Notes: a model not told the origin generated them from the letters alone. Shown: positions 1 to 10,667, counted from the stretch's first letter. The stretch: 64,000 nucleotides of DNA from an uncultured Gemmatimonadales bacterium (GCA_963741945.1 CAVUKA010000001.1:640001-704000), one strand, 5' to 3'. Numbers and translations: made by a program.

Positions 1-1579
1 GGAAGCCCTCCTTGTCCGCGTCCAGGATGGCGACGAGGCTCACTTCCGGCAGGTCCAGCCCCTCCCGCAGCAGGTTGATCCCCACCAGCACGTCGAACCG
101 TCCCAGCCGCAGGTCGCGCAGGATCTCCATGCGCTCGATGGCATCGATGTCCGCGTGCATGTAGCGGACGCGCACGCCCACCTGCTGGAGGTAGTCGGTC
201 AGGTCTTCCGCCATCCGCTTGGTCAGCGTGGTGACCAGCACCCGTTCGCCTTTCGCTTCCCGCTCCCGGATCTCCGCCAGGAGGTCGTCGATCTGGCCTT
301 TCACCGGGCGCACGTCGATGGCCGGGTCCACCAGCCCGGTGGGGCGGATCAGCTGCTCCACCACCACCCCGCCGCTCTTCTCCAGCTCGTAGTCGCCCGG
401 CGTGGCGCTGACGTAGATGATCCTGTCCAGGAGGCTCTCCCACTCATCGAAGCGGAGCGGGCGGTTGTCCAGGGCGCTGGGCAGCCGGAAACCGTAGTCC
501 ACCAGCGTCGTCTTCCGCGCGCGGTCGCCATTGTACATGCCCCGGATCTGCGGCAGGCTCTGGTGGCTCTCGTCCAGGATCACCAGGAAGTCGTCCGGGA
601 AGTAGTCGTACAGGCACGCCGGGCGCTCGCCCGCCGACCGGCCCGTGAGATGGCGCGAGTAGTTCTCGATTCCCGGACACGTCCCGATCTCGAGCATCAT
701 CTCCATGTCGAAATGCGTCCGCTGCTCCAGCCGCTGCGCTTCCAGCAGCTTCCCCGCCGCGCGCAGCTCCAGCAGCCGCGCCTCCAGCTCCACGCCGATC
801 AGGTCCACCGCCCGCACGATCCGGCTCCGGTCCGTGACGAAGTGCGTGGCCGGGTAGATGGCCGCCCGCTCCATGCGCGTGATCGTCTCGCCCGTGAGCG
901 GGTCGAAGCGCGTGATCCGCTCCACCTCGTCGCCCCACAGCTCGATCCGGACCGCCTGCTCCTCGTACGCCGGGTAGATCTCCACCACGTCGCCCCGCAC
1001 CCGGAACACGCCGCGCGTGAACTCGAAGTCGTTGCGCGCGTACTGGATCCGGACCAGCCCCTCCAGGATCTCACGCCGCCCGATCTCCTGCCCCACCTCC
1101 ATCATCAGCATGAGCTCCCGGTACTGTCGCGGGTCGCCCAGCCCGTAGATGCTGCTCACGCTGGCGACGATGACCACGTCGTCCCGCTCCATCAGCGCGC
1201 TCGTCGCCCGCAGACGCAGCCGCTCGATGTCCTCGTTGATGCTCGCGTCCTTCTCGATGTACGTGTCGCTCGAAGCGACGTACGCCTCCGGCTGGTAGTA
1301 GTCGTAGTAGCTGATGAAGAACTCCACCGCGTTCCTCGGGAAGAACTGCTTCAGCTCCCCGTACAGCTGCGCCGCCAGCGTCTTGTTGTGGCTCATCACC
1401 AGCGTCGGGCGACCGTGGTTGGCGATCACGTTCGCCATGGTCACCGTCTTCCCCGACCCCGTCACGCCCAGCAGCGTCTGGAACGGATCGCCCCGCCGCA
1501 GCCCTTCCGTCAACTCCGCCACCGCACGCGGCTGATCGCCCTGGAGCGGGAACGGGAGCTCGAGTTCGAATGTGCTCAT
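1..1579 (-). CDS. uvrB: Excinuclease ABC subunit B (runs off the left edge)
   Basis: Read by hand on the minus strand from ATG at 1579: [17 protein letters not shown]...[12 protein letters not shown] (Walker A), [53 protein letters not shown]. Confidence 0.97.
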   Translation of the reverse strand, partial: MSTFELELPFPLQGDQPRAVAELTEGLRRGDPFQTLLGVTGSGKTVTMANVIANHGRPTLVMSHNKTLAAQLYGELKQFFPRNAVEFFISYYDYYQPEAYVASSDTYIEKDASINEDIERLRLRATSALMERDDVVIVASVSSIYGLGDPRQYRELMLMMEVGQEIGRREILEGLVRIQYARNDFEFTRGVFRVRGDVVEIYPAYEEQAVRIELWGDEVERITRFDPLTGETITRMERAAIYPATHFVTDRSRIVRAVDLIGVELEARLLELRAAGKLLEAQRLEQRTHFDMEMMLEIGTCPGIENYSRHLTGRSAGERPACLYDYFPDDFLVILDESHQSLPQIRGMYNGDRARKTTLVDYGFRLPSALDNRPLRFDEWESLLDRIIYVSATPGDYELEKSGGVVVEQLIRPTGLVDPAIDVRPVKGQIDDLLAEIREREAKGERVLVTTLTKRMAEDLTDYLQQVGVRVRYMHADIDAIERMEILRDLRLGRFDVLVGINLLREGLDLPEVSLVAILDADKEGF

Positions 1580-2050
1580 GATGGGCGAAGATACACCGAA
1601 GCAACCCGCGGGTTCTAGGGGCGCGCCTTCCAGGCCCCGGAACACCCTGACGGACACGAAGTGCACGACGCGTCGAAGCCCGACGAACGTCCGCCCTTCC
1701 TCACCGCCGCGCCTCCAGATCGTCCCGCATTGCTATCGGCGTGGTCCGTCCCGTGCGTTACCGTGCGCGAGGGATTCGAATCGGGTGTGAGCGCAGGGGC
1801 GCCCGGCCGCGGCCATGGCCATCAGCGGAGACCTGGCCGGGATATCGGGATCGACCACGCACGAAACGCCGGCGGGGGACCCAGAATCGGTCGCCCCAGC
1901 GCTCCGCCCGTTCTCCCCCCAGCCGTCCTCCGCCCCCCGCCGCGTTCTTCGCGTCTTCGCGTGAACCCGCCGTCCTTCGTGCCCTCCCCGTTCTTCGAGC
2001 TCTTCGTGTCACGCCGTCCTCCGCCCCCCTCGGTGCTCTCCGTCACCGTC

Positions 2051-2080
2051 TTGCCCGCACACCGCCCGTTCGACTATCCT
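2051..2080 (+). promoter_or_regulatory. Candidate sigma70 promoter for cysQ-cysC-permease
   Basis: TTGCCC-N18-TATCCT, about 47 bp upstream of the cysQ ATG. Confidence 0.45.
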
Positions 2081-2127
2081 TCGCCCCGTTCACCGCGCGC
2101 ACCCGAGCCTCCCCACCGCTGCCCCGT

Positions 2128-2946
2128 ATGACCGACCTTTCCCGCGAGCTCAGTGTCGCTGCGCGCCTGGCCCGTAGCGCCGGCGCGGCCGCCATGGCCC
2201 TGTATGGCGACGTGGAGGCCCGCGAGAAGCCGGGCGGCTCGCCCGTGACGGCCGCCGACCACGCCGCGAACGGCGTCATCGTGGCCGGGCTGCGTGCCGC
2301 GTTCCCGGGCGACCCGATCCTCTCGGAGGAATCGCGGGACGACCGCTCCCGCCTGGAGTCGGAGCGCGTGTGGATCGTGGATCCGCTGGACGGGACGAAG
2401 GAGTTCCTGGCGCAGAATGGCGAGTTCGCCATCATGATCGGGCTGGCCGTGGGCGGTGCGGCCGTCCTCGGGGTGGTGTACCAGCCGGACGGCGATGCGC
2501 TCTTCGCGGCGGCCGTGGGCGCGGGCGCCTGGGTGGAGCGAGGCGCCGACCGTCGCCCGCTGGCGCGCGACGCGGCGGACCCGTCGAAGCTCCGCATGGT
2601 GGGCTCGCGCTCGCACGCGGACCCCGTGGTGGAGCAGATCCGCGAGCGTCTGGGCGTGGACGACGTTGCGCCCAGCGGGTCCGTGGGTGTGAAGTGCGCG
2701 CTCATCGCCGAGGGTGCGCGCGACGTGTACGTCCACCCGGTCCCCTACCTGAAGGAGTGGGACACGTGCGCGCCGGAAGTCATCCTGCGGGAAGCGGGCG
2801 GCCGCGTGACCGACTGCCTCGGCCGGCCGCTGGCGTACAACAAGCCGGACACGCACCAGCCCGATGGCATTGTGGCCACGGCACCCGGTGTGCACGAGCG
2901 GGTGCTGGCCGTGGTGGAGCCGATCTACCGATCGGCGAAGAGCTGA
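2128..2946 (+). CDS. cysQ: 3'(2'),5'-bisphosphate nucleotidase (PAP phosphatase, inositol monophosphatase family)
   Basis: PVTAAD, ILSEE, WIVDPLDGTKEF, SRSH and EWDTCA motifs; start taken at MTDLSRE. Confidence 0.93.
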   Translation: MTDLSRELSVAARLARSAGAAAMALYGDVEAREKPGGSPVTAADHAANGVIVAGLRAAFPGDPILSEESRDDRSRLESERVWIVDPLDGTKEFLAQNGEFAIMIGLAVGGAAVLGVVYQPDGDALFAAAVGAGAWVERGADRRPLARDAADPSKLRMVGSRSHADPVVEQIRERLGVDDVAPSGSVGVKCALIAEGARDVYVHPVPYLKEWDTCAPEVILREAGGRVTDCLGRPLAYNKPDTHQPDGIVATAPGVHERVLAVVEPIYRSAKS

Positions 2947-2967
2947 ATCACTGAACCTCTCCGGGGC

Positions 2968-3594
2968 ATGCCGAAGTCGAAGAACATCTACTGGACGAAG
3001 ACGAAGATCACGCGCGACGAGCGTGAGGACGCGCAGGGGCATCGGGGCGTGACGCTCTGGTTCACGGGCCTCAGTGGCTCCGGCAAGAGCACCCTGGCCA
3101 CGGCGCTGGAGGAGCGCCTGTTCCGCCGCGGCTGCCGCACGTACGTGCTCGATGGCGACAACGTGCGTCACGGCCTGAACCGCGACCTCGGCTTCAGCCC
3201 GGCCGACCGCACGGAGAACATCCGCCGGATCGGCGAGGTGGCGAAGCTGTTCACCGATTCCGGGACCGTGGTGCTGACCGCGTTCATCTCACCGTACCGG
3301 GAGGACCGGGACAACGTGCGGGCGATCATGGCCCGCGGCGACTTCATCGAGATCTACGTGGAAGCGCCACTGGAAGTGTGCGAGGAGCGGGACCCGAAGG
3401 GGCTGTACCGGAAGGCGCGTGCGGGCGAGATCCTCGAGTTCACCGGCATTTCGGCCCCGTACGAGGAGCCCGCATCGCCGGAAGTGCTGGTCCAGACGTC
3501 GGACCGTGATGTCGAGGACTGCGTCCAGCAGATCGTGGACTTCCTGGAGTCCAACGGCTACCTCGTCCCGGAGCCCGAGCCCGCGGCCGGCTGA
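2968..3594 (+). CDS. cysC: Adenylyl-sulfate kinase
   Basis: [51 protein letters not shown]. Confidence 0.97.
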   Translation: MPKSKNIYWTKTKITRDEREDAQGHRGVTLWFTGLSGSGKSTLATALEERLFRRGCRTYVLDGDNVRHGLNRDLGFSPADRTENIRRIGEVAKLFTDSGTVVLTAFISPYREDRDNVRAIMARGDFIEIYVEAPLEVCEERDPKGLYRKARAGEILEFTGISAPYEEPASPEVLVQTSDRDVEDCVQQIVDFLESNGYLVPEPEPAAG

Positions 3595-3608
3595 GCGCGG
3601 CGCTCCTC

Positions 3609-5378
3609 ATGACCGGCGACGCCTGGCTCACGCTGGCCGTGGTGGCGGTCGTGGTCGTGGTCCTGGCCCGCGACCTCTTCGCGCCATCCCTCACGCTCCT
3701 CGGCGGCGTGGTGGCGCTCCTCGTCGCGGGCGTCATCACGCCCGCACAGGCGTTCAGCGGCTTCGCCAACCCCGCGCCCATCACTGTGGCCGCGCTTTTC
3801 GTGCTGGCCGCGGCCGTGGAGAAGACGGGCGCGCTCCAGCCGCTGGTGAACGCCGTCCTCGGCGCGCCGGCGGGGCGCCGCCGCGTTCTGACGCGCATCG
3901 TCGCACCGGCTGCGGGCGCGTCGGCGTTCCTGAACAACACGCCGCTGGTCGCGATGTTCGCGCCCCAGATCGCCGGCTGGGCGGAGCGCAACGGCGAGTC
4001 CCCGTCGCGCTACCTCATGCCCCTCTCCTTCGCATCGATCCTGGGCGGAATGGTGACGCTCATCGGCACGTCCACGAACCTGGTGGTGTCCGGCCTTCTG
4101 GTGGCCCGCGGCCGGCCGCCCCTGGGCATGTTCGAGCTCACGCCCATCGGCCTCCCCGTGGCGCTCGTCGGACTCGGCCTCATCGTGCTCCTCGCCCCAC
4201 GCCTCCTCCCACCCCGCCGCTCGCCGCTGGCCCAGGCCACCGAGGAGCTGCGCGAGTTCGCCGTGAACATGGACGTGGTCCACGGCGGTGCCATTGATGG
4301 CCGCACCGTGGAGGCCGCCGGGCTGCGCAACTTGCGCGGGCTGTTCCTGGTGGAAGTCCGCCGCGCCCGCGACCTCATTTCCCCGGTCACGCCCCAGACG
4401 GTGCTCCACGGCGGCGACCAGCTCACGTTCATCGGCCGCGCGGACGACGTCGTGGACCTGCAGCGCAGTCGCGGCCTCGTCTCGTCCGAGCAGGACCACC
4501 TGCAGCTTTTCGACGCCCCCGACCACACGTTCTTCGAAGTGGTCCTGGGCGAGGCGTCGCCGCTGGTGGGACGGACGCTGAAGGAGGCCGAGTTCCGCGG
4601 CCGCTACCAGTCCGCCGTCCTCGCCATTCACCGCGCCGGCCAGCGCGTGCGCGACAAGCTCGGCCGCGTCCCGCTCAAGGTGGGCGACACGCTCGTCGTT
4701 CTCGCCGACCCCGGCTTCCGTGACCGCTGGCGCGACCGCTCCGATTTCCTCCTGGTCTCTCGCCTCGGCGGCTCGCCCCCCATCACGAGCCGCCAGGCGT
4801 GGGTGGTCGGCGGCATCGGCATCGGCATCGTCCTCGCCGCCGCCACCGGTGTCATGCCCGTGCTCAATGCCGCGCTCCTGGGCGCGCTCGCGCTCCTGGC
4901 GCTGCGCGTCCTCACGCCCGGCGAAGCGCGTGCGGCCGTTGACCTGGATGTGATTTTCGTCATTGCCGCCGCGTTCGGCCTGGCCGCCGCCATGGAGTCC
5001 TCCGGCCTCGCCGGCCTGGCCGCCCACGCCCTCGTGTCCGGCTTCGGCGCCCTCGGCCCCGTCGGCGCGCTCCTCGGCGTGGTCCTGGCCACGGTGCTGC
5101 TGACCGAACTCGTCACCAACAACGCCGCCGCCGTTCTCCTCTTCCCCATCGCGTTCAGCACGGCCCTGGACGTGGGCGCCGACCCGCGCGGCTTCGCCGT
5201 GGCCATTGCCCTGGCCGCCTCCGCCTCCTTCCTCACCCCCGTCGGCTACCAGACCAACACCATGGTCTACGGCGCCGGCGGCTACCGCTTCTCCGACTAC
5301 GCCCGCCTCGGCGCGCCGCTCACCGCCGTGGTCGTGGTCATGGTGGTCTGGGTCGTGTCCGCGCTCTATCTGCCGTAG
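3609..5378 (+). CDS. SLC13/DASS family permease with two TrkA-C domains (probable sulfate transporter)
   Basis: SAFLNNTP, GGMVTLIGTSTNLVV, central soluble TrkA-C region, TELVTNNAAA, TPVGYQTNTMVYG. Confidence 0.9.
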   Translation: MTGDAWLTLAVVAVVVVVLARDLFAPSLTLLGGVVALLVAGVITPAQAFSGFANPAPITVAALFVLAAAVEKTGALQPLVNAVLGAPAGRRRVLTRIVAPAAGASAFLNNTPLVAMFAPQIAGWAERNGESPSRYLMPLSFASILGGMVTLIGTSTNLVVSGLLVARGRPPLGMFELTPIGLPVALVGLGLIVLLAPRLLPPRRSPLAQATEELREFAVNMDVVHGGAIDGRTVEAAGLRNLRGLFLVEVRRARDLISPVTPQTVLHGGDQLTFIGRADDVVDLQRSRGLVSSEQDHLQLFDAPDHTFFEVVLGEASPLVGRTLKEAEFRGRYQSAVLAIHRAGQRVRDKLGRVPLKVGDTLVVLADPGFRDRWRDRSDFLLVSRLGGSPPITSRQAWVVGGIGIGIVLAAATGVMPVLNAALLGALALLALRVLTPGEARAAVDLDVIFVIAAAFGLAAAMESSGLAGLAAHALVSGFGALGPVGALLGVVLATVLLTELVTNNAAAVLLFPIAFSTALDVGADPRGFAVAIALAASASFLTPVGYQTNTMVYGAGGYRFSDYARLGAPLTAVVVVMVVWVVSALYLP

Positions 5379-5422
5379 CTCCGCCGCCTGCCGGCCGCGC
5401 CACCCGTGCCGCAGCGACGCCG

Positions 5423-5451
5423 TTGAGCCTCACGAGCCCCTCCGTTACCTT
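5423..5451 (+). promoter_or_regulatory. Candidate sigma70 promoter for sat
   Basis: TTGAGC-N17-TACCTT; supports ATG 5489 rather than TTG 5423 as the start. Confidence 0.45.
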
Positions 5452-5488
5452 CGACCGCTCTCAGGACCCCGACCCGAACGCGAAGCCC

Positions 5489-6634
5489 ATGACCATAGCA
5501 CCGTACGGAGGCCACCTCGTCGATCGCACCCTTTCTGGCGACGAGGCGGCCGACGCCCGCGCGCGCGCCGACGCACTCCCCCGCGTGCCCCTCTCTCCCG
5601 TGGCCCTGTCCGACCTCTATCTCATCGCCGTGGGCGGCTTCAGCCCTCTCACCGGGTTCATGGGGAGCGGCGACTACGAGCGCGTCCTCGACGAGATGAC
5701 GCTGGCCGGCGGGCTCCCCTGGTCCATCCCCGTCACCCTCCCCGTGCACGACGTCGCCGGCTTTGGCCCCGGAGACGAGATCGCCCTCGTCGCCCCCGAT
5801 GGCGACGTCGCCGCGCTCATGCGCGTGGAGGAAGTGTTCGGCTGGGACCGCGAGCGCGAGGCCCGGGCGGTCTACGGCACCACCGACCGCGACCACCCCG
5901 GCGTCGCCCGCCTGGACCAGCGCGGCGATCACCTGGTGGCCGGCCCCATCGAGTACGTCTACGCGCGCGACATCACCGGCTTCCCCGACCGGAACCTCAC
6001 GCCCGCCGCCACGCGCGCCGAGTTCGAACGCCGCGGCTGGAACACCGTGGTGGCGTTCCAGACCCGCAACCCCGTGCACCGGGCGCACGAGTACCTGCAG
6101 AAGTCCGCGCTGGAAATGGTGGACGGGCTCCTCCTCCACCCGCTGGTCGGCGACACGAAGCAGGACGACATCCCGGCCGACGTCCGCATGCGCTGCTACG
6201 ACGTCATCCTCGAGCACTACTACCCGGCCGACCGCGTGGTCCTCGGCGTCCTCCCCGCCGCCATGCGATACGCGGGACCGCGCGAGGCCATCTTCCACGC
6301 CATCATGCGGCGCAACTACGGCTGCACCCACTTCATCGTCGGCCGCGACCACGCCGGCGTGGGCGACTACTACGGCACGTACGACGCCCAGCACATCTTC
6401 GACCGCGTCGACATGCAGAAGCTCGGCATCCAGCCGCTCAAGTTCGAGCACGCCATGTACTGCACGCGCTGTCAGCAGATGGTCTCGCGCAAGACCTGCC
6501 CGCACGGCAGCGACGCCCACGTGTTCCTCTCCGGCACGAAAGTCCGCGAGATGCTGGCCCGTGGCGAGCGCCCGCCCAGGGAATTCACGCGCCCCGAAGT
6601 GGCGGACGTGCTGGTGGCCGCGTTCGCCCCGTAG
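5489..6634 (+). CDS. sat: Sulfate adenylyltransferase (Sat type)
   Basis: IAPYGGHLVD, GGFSPLTGFM, AFQTRNPVHRAHEY, MRYAGPREA, HFIVGRDHAGVG, LSGTKVR. Confidence 0.97.
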   Translation: MTIAPYGGHLVDRTLSGDEAADARARADALPRVPLSPVALSDLYLIAVGGFSPLTGFMGSGDYERVLDEMTLAGGLPWSIPVTLPVHDVAGFGPGDEIALVAPDGDVAALMRVEEVFGWDREREARAVYGTTDRDHPGVARLDQRGDHLVAGPIEYVYARDITGFPDRNLTPAATRAEFERRGWNTVVAFQTRNPVHRAHEYLQKSALEMVDGLLLHPLVGDTKQDDIPADVRMRCYDVILEHYYPADRVVLGVLPAAMRYAGPREAIFHAIMRRNYGCTHFIVGRDHAGVGDYYGTYDAQHIFDRVDMQKLGIQPLKFEHAMYCTRCQQMVSRKTCPHGSDAHVFLSGTKVREMLARGERPPREFTRPEVADVLVAAFAP

Positions 6635-6672
6635 CGCGCGCGCGCGACGGTACACCACCGGGCCGTTCAGGC

Positions 6673-6707
6673 GAACGGGCCCGGGCCGTGATGGCCCGGG
6701 CCCGTTC
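6673..6707. terminator. 15-bp GC hairpin between convergent genes
   Basis: GAACGGGCCCGGGCC-GTGAT-GGCCCGGGCCCGTTC is a perfect inverted repeat; no clear U-tract. Confidence 0.55.
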
Positions 6708-6736
6708 CCGTTCCCGGAGGGCGAGCGGCGAGTCGG

Positions 6737-7231
6737 TCAGTGCGGCCTGATCCGCCCCATCAGGTTCCGGCCGCAATCCACGGTCACCCCGATGGAGAGG
6801 GCGAAGATCCCCAGCGCCACCAGCGCCGCCAGCCCCGAGCTCGCCAGCGGGATGATTCCGCCCACGTAGCCGGAGATCATGGCGATCCCGATCCACCCGG
6901 CCAGGACACCGGCCGCCAGCGTGGCCGGCACCGCGAACAGTGCCCCCATGCACACCTGCCGGAACGCCCGCCGGTGGTCCACTCCCTCGTCCCGGCCCAG
7001 CATCCCGAACGCCGCGCTCACGATGAAGCCGATCACCGCGCCGGCAAGGAAGACCCCCAGGCTCGTCGGAAGCAGCGCGTGTCCGCTCGTCCGCCCGAGC
7101 AGCCCCATCGCCCCGATCACGAAGCCGCCCAGAAGAAGTCCCGTCGATACCGTGCCCGCCAGGACGAGTCGCCCGCTGCTCCCCAGGTCCATCGCGATCG
7201 GCGTCTGCCGTTCCTGATTGCGTGCGCTCAT
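6737..7231 (-). CDS. Hypothetical membrane protein (about 4 TM helices)
   Basis: 164 aa with four hydrophobic Gly/Ala-rich segments; SD GGGAGG upstream. Confidence 0.8.
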   Translation of the reverse strand: MSARNQERQTPIAMDLGSSGRLVLAGTVSTGLLLGGFVIGAMGLLGRTSGHALLPTSLGVFLAGAVIGFIVSAAFGMLGRDEGVDHRRAFRQVCMGALFAVPATLAAGVLAGWIGIAMISGYVGGIIPLASSGLAALVALGIFALSIGVTVDCGRNLMGRIRPH

Positions 7232-7286
7232 CCTGTCCCTCCCGGTTCGTGGCGCCCTGCCCTGGTCGCCGTCACCCTCCTACAAG

Positions 7287-7302
7287 GGCACGGCCAGTGC
7301 CA
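7287..7302 (-). promoter_or_regulatory. Candidate sigma54 (-24/-12) promoter
   Basis: Minus strand TGGCACTGGCCGTGCC has exact GG-N10-GC spacing, about 55 bp upstream of ATG 7231. Confidence 0.55.
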
Positions 7303-7461
7303 CGATCCCGCGGATCCCTCAAACCCCTTGCAATGACAGGATGTATCGCCCCTTCACCCGCCCTGCCCCGCCCCCCTTGGAACGAGAAAACGCGCGATAT
7401 CGCGCGCTCATGCGTGCGGTTTCGCGCGCTCGGTGGCCGGCCCAGTGGGAAAGGCGGTCGC

Positions 7462-9765
7462 CTACGCCTCGAGATCGCTCTCCGCGAAATGCTCACGCCG
7501 CTCGACGCTCAACACGCCCTTCACGCTGCGGATGGCGCGCACGACCTTCTTCAGGTGGGCGAGGTTCTCGACCTCGACGACGAACGACCCGTTCATGCCG
7601 CCCTCCACGCCGTGGATTTCGGCGCTGGAGATGTTGGTGGCCGTGTTGGTGACCGCGGTGGCGATGTCGCCCAGGAGGCCGCGGCGGTCGTCGCCCTCCA
7701 CGATCAGGCGGACGAAGAAGCGGTCGCCCGCCTCCGCTTTCCACTCGATCTCGACGCGCCGCTCGGGGTGCTCGGACAGGTTGAGGACGTTGGGGCAGTC
7801 CTTGCGGTGGATGCTGATGCCGCGCCCGCGCGTGATGTAGCCGATCACGTTGTCGCCGGGGACCGGCTGACAGCACTGGGAGTAGCGCACCATCAGGTTC
7901 TCCAGCCCCTGGATGCGGACGGCGTTGCTGGCGCCGCGCACGCGGTCCACCAGCCGCTCGAAGGCGTTCGGTGGCCGCTCCGGCGCGCTCACGTCGGTTT
8001 CCGGGAACAGCTCCTTCAGGATCGCGCTCAGCCCCACGTCGCCGCGTCCCAGCCCCGCCAGCACGTGATCGAACGTGGGGAGGCCGAGGGCGTCCGCGGT
8101 GCCTGTCCGCATGTCGTCGTCCGGCTTCCCCGTTCGCCGCTTCTTCAGCTCACGGTCCAGGATCTCGCGTCCCAGCTTGAGCGAGCTGTCGAACTCCTCC
8201 TGGCGGATCCACTGCCGGATCTTCTGTCTCGCCCGCGCCGTCTTGACGAAGCCCAGCCAGTCCCGCGACGGACGCTGCCGCTCGTCCGTCATGATTTCCA
8301 CGGTATCGCCGTTCTTCAGCTCCCGGCTGAGCGGCGTGATCCGCCCGTTGACCCGCGAGCCCGAGCAGCGCAGCCCCACTTCCGTGTGCACGGCGAAGGC
8401 GAAGTCGATGGGCGTGGCGCCCTTCGGCAGCTGCTTCACGTCGCCTTTCGGCGTGAACACGAAGATCTCGTCCTGGAACAGGTCGATGCGGAGGAACTCC
8501 ATGAATTCCTCCGGCTCCCGCGTGTCCTGCTGCCACTCCAGCACCTGGCGGAACCAGGTGAGGGTGTCGTCCACCTCGTCGCCTTCGGTGGGCGTAGCCC
8601 GCCCCTCCTTGTACTTCCAGTGCGCCGCGATCCCGTATTCCGCGGTGCGGTGCATCTCGGTGGTGCGGATCTGGATCTCGTACAGCCGACCGCCCGGTCC
8701 GAAGATCGTGGTGTGGAGCGACCGGTACATGTTCGACTTGGGGGTGGCGATGTAGTCGTGGAAGCGCTCCTGCAGCGGTGTCCACTGGTTGTGGATGATC
8801 CCCAGCGCGTGGTAGCAGTTCGCCACGCTGTCCGTGATCACCCGGATCGCCATGAGGTCGTAGATCTCCTCGTACGGCCGGTCCCGGTGCTCCATCTTCC
8901 GGTGGATCGACCAGAGGTGCTTCGGACGGCCGTACACCTCGCACGGGATCCCCGCCTTGCGCAGCTCGTCCTCCAGCGGGCGACGCAGCCCCTCCACCCA
9001 CTGCTCGCGCTCCGCCCGCCGGTCCTTCACCCTCTTCACCAGGTCACGGTACGCGTCCGTCTCCAGGTGCTTGAACGACAGGTCTTCCAGCTCCCACTTG
9101 ATCTGCGCCATTCCCAGCCGATGGGCCAGCGGGGCGTAGATCTCCCGCGTCTCCAGCGCGATGCGGTGCCGCTTGTCCGGCCGCAGGTGGTCCAGCGTGC
9201 GCATGTTGTGCAGCCGGTCCACCAGCTTGATCAGGATCACCCGCGCGTCGCTCGCCATGCTGAGCAGCAGCTTGCGGTAGTTCTCCACCTGCTGCTCCGT
9301 CGACGACCGGAACTCCACTTTCCCGATCTTCGTCACCCCGTCCACCACGCGCGCGATCTCGTCGCCGAACTGCTCGCGCACGTCGTCCAGCGTGCGCGGC
9401 GTGTCCTCCACCGTGTCGTGGATCAGCCCCGCCACCACCGACACGGTGTCCAGGTGCAGCTCCGCCAGGAGGCGCGCCACCTCCGTGGTGTGGACGATGA
9501 ACGACTCCCCGCTCGCCCGCTTCTGGCCCCGGTGCGCGTCCTCCGCGAACGCGTACGCCGCCGCCACCATCGGGATGTCCAGCCGGTCGCGGAACGGCTC
9601 CACGGCGTCGCGCAGCCGCTGCGGAAGCCGCTCCAGCGCCTCCGCGATCCGGGCCGCACGGTCGCGACCATCCGCGGACGCGGCTCCGCCCCGCCCGTCG
9701 CCCGCGTCGCCACCCTCTCCACTCCCGGGCGTGCGTCGGCTCTCCGCTGCTGCCGTGGGGTTCAT
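7462..9765 (-). CDS. rel: Bifunctional (p)ppGpp synthetase/hydrolase (long RSH)
   Basis: HRGQKRASGE, HDTVED, DRLHNMRTL, APLAHRLG, GRPKHLWSI, EIQIRT, TGS (TPIDFAFAVHTEVG), CCQPVPGD, C-terminal ACT. Confidence 0.96.
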   Translation of the reverse strand: MNPTAAAESRRTPGSGEGGDAGDGRGGAASADGRDRAARIAEALERLPQRLRDAVEPFRDRLDIPMVAAAYAFAEDAHRGQKRASGESFIVHTTEVARLLAELHLDTVSVVAGLIHDTVEDTPRTLDDVREQFGDEIARVVDGVTKIGKVEFRSSTEQQVENYRKLLLSMASDARVILIKLVDRLHNMRTLDHLRPDKRHRIALETREIYAPLAHRLGMAQIKWELEDLSFKHLETDAYRDLVKRVKDRRAEREQWVEGLRRPLEDELRKAGIPCEVYGRPKHLWSIHRKMEHRDRPYEEIYDLMAIRVITDSVANCYHALGIIHNQWTPLQERFHDYIATPKSNMYRSLHTTIFGPGGRLYEIQIRTTEMHRTAEYGIAAHWKYKEGRATPTEGDEVDDTLTWFRQVLEWQQDTREPEEFMEFLRIDLFQDEIFVFTPKGDVKQLPKGATPIDFAFAVHTEVGLRCSGSRVNGRITPLSRELKNGDTVEIMTDERQRPSRDWLGFVKTARARQKIRQWIRQEEFDSSLKLGREILDRELKKRRTGKPDDDMRTGTADALGLPTFDHVLAGLGRGDVGLSAILKELFPETDVSAPERPPNAFERLVDRVRGASNAVRIQGLENLMVRYSQCCQPVPGDNVIGYITRGRGISIHRKDCPNVLNLSEHPERRVEIEWKAEAGDRFFVRLIVEGDDRRGLLGDIATAVTNTATNISSAEIHGVEGGMNGSFVVEVENLAHLKKVVRAIRSVKGVLSVERREHFAESDLEA

Positions 9766-9971
9766 GGTCCTCCGGACTGGTGATGCTCCGGCTGCCGGCC
9801 ACGCCGGCGATGCTCCACTTCCTACACCGCACCCCGAAGCCGGTTCGCGGCACTGCTGAGAAGCTAGGCATGCACTACGCGGGCCGCCAGCGGCCGGGTG
9901 CGGGCGGGAGCATCGATCGCGCGTCGGCCGCTCGATCCCGATCGGGCCACGAACCCGTGCCTGTCCACGCC

Positions 9972-10667
9972 CTATCCGACGGCCCCCAGCAACCCCGCCT
10001 CCACGAACGACACGTACCGCCCGTCCCCGATCACCACGTGATCCAGGACCGGGATGCCGACCACCCGCCCCGCCTCTGCAAGCTGCGTCGTCACTTGCCG
10101 GTCCTCCGCTGAAGGCGCCGGGTCGCCCGACGGGTGGTTGTGCACCAGCAGCACCGCCGCCGCGCTCTCCGTGATCGCCTCGCGGAAGACTTCACGCGGG
10201 TGAACCACGGAGCCGTCCAGCACGCCGCGCGAAACGGTCACTTCCCGCACCACCGCGTGCTGCGTGTTCAGCAGCAGCACCCGGAACTCCTCGTGCGGCA
10301 GGTCGCGCATGGTGGGCGCGCACAGCTCGTACGCGTCCCGCGGCCCGCCGATCCGACCCCGCTCCGCCGGCCCCTCCTGCGCCAGACGACGCCCCAGCTC
10401 CAGCGCCGCCGCCACCCTCGCCCACACCGCTTCGCCCACCCCCGGTACCCGCTGCAGCGACGCCGGTGACAGCGACGCCAGGCGACGCAGAGAGCCGTCC
10501 GCCACATGCACCAGCTCCGCCGCCACGTCCACGGCCGTGCTGCCACCCCCCGCGCCACTCCCCACCAGGATCGCCAGCAGCTCGCGCACGGATAATGCAC
10601 CCGGCCCCGCCGACCGCAGCCGCTCCCGGGGTCGCTCCCGGGCCGGCCACTCGCGGATCACCGCCAC
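9972..10667 (-). CDS. radC: RadC family JAB-domain protein
   Basis: ERPRERL, ELLAILVGSG, VHPREVF, HNHPSGDPAPSAED, LDHVVIG. Confidence 0.95.
   Translation of the reverse strand: MAVIREWPARERPRERLRSAGPGALSVRELLAILVGSGAGGGSTAVDVAAELVHVADGSLRRLASLSPASLQRVPGVGEAVWARVAAALELGRRLAQEGPAERGRIGGPRDAYELCAPTMRDLPHEEFRVLLLNTQHAVVREVTVSRGVLDGSVVHPREVFREAITESAAAVLLVHNHPSGDPAPSAEDRQVTTQLAEAGRVVGIPVLDHVVIGDGRYVSFVEAGLLGAVG

Noticed and set aside
155..1618. 487-aa plus-strand ORF, and similar long ORFs at 7222-9783, 11544-15383, 33675-36374, 44926-48702 and 53103-55469
   Set aside because: They are antisense shadows of well-supported genes (uvrB, rel, secA, wecA/wzi, ugd, rpoA), expected in high-GC DNA, and contain no recognisable motifs.
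9972..10667. radC as a marker of a mobile or defence element
   Set aside because: It is the full-length chromosomal form among housekeeping genes, with no integrase or defence genes nearby.
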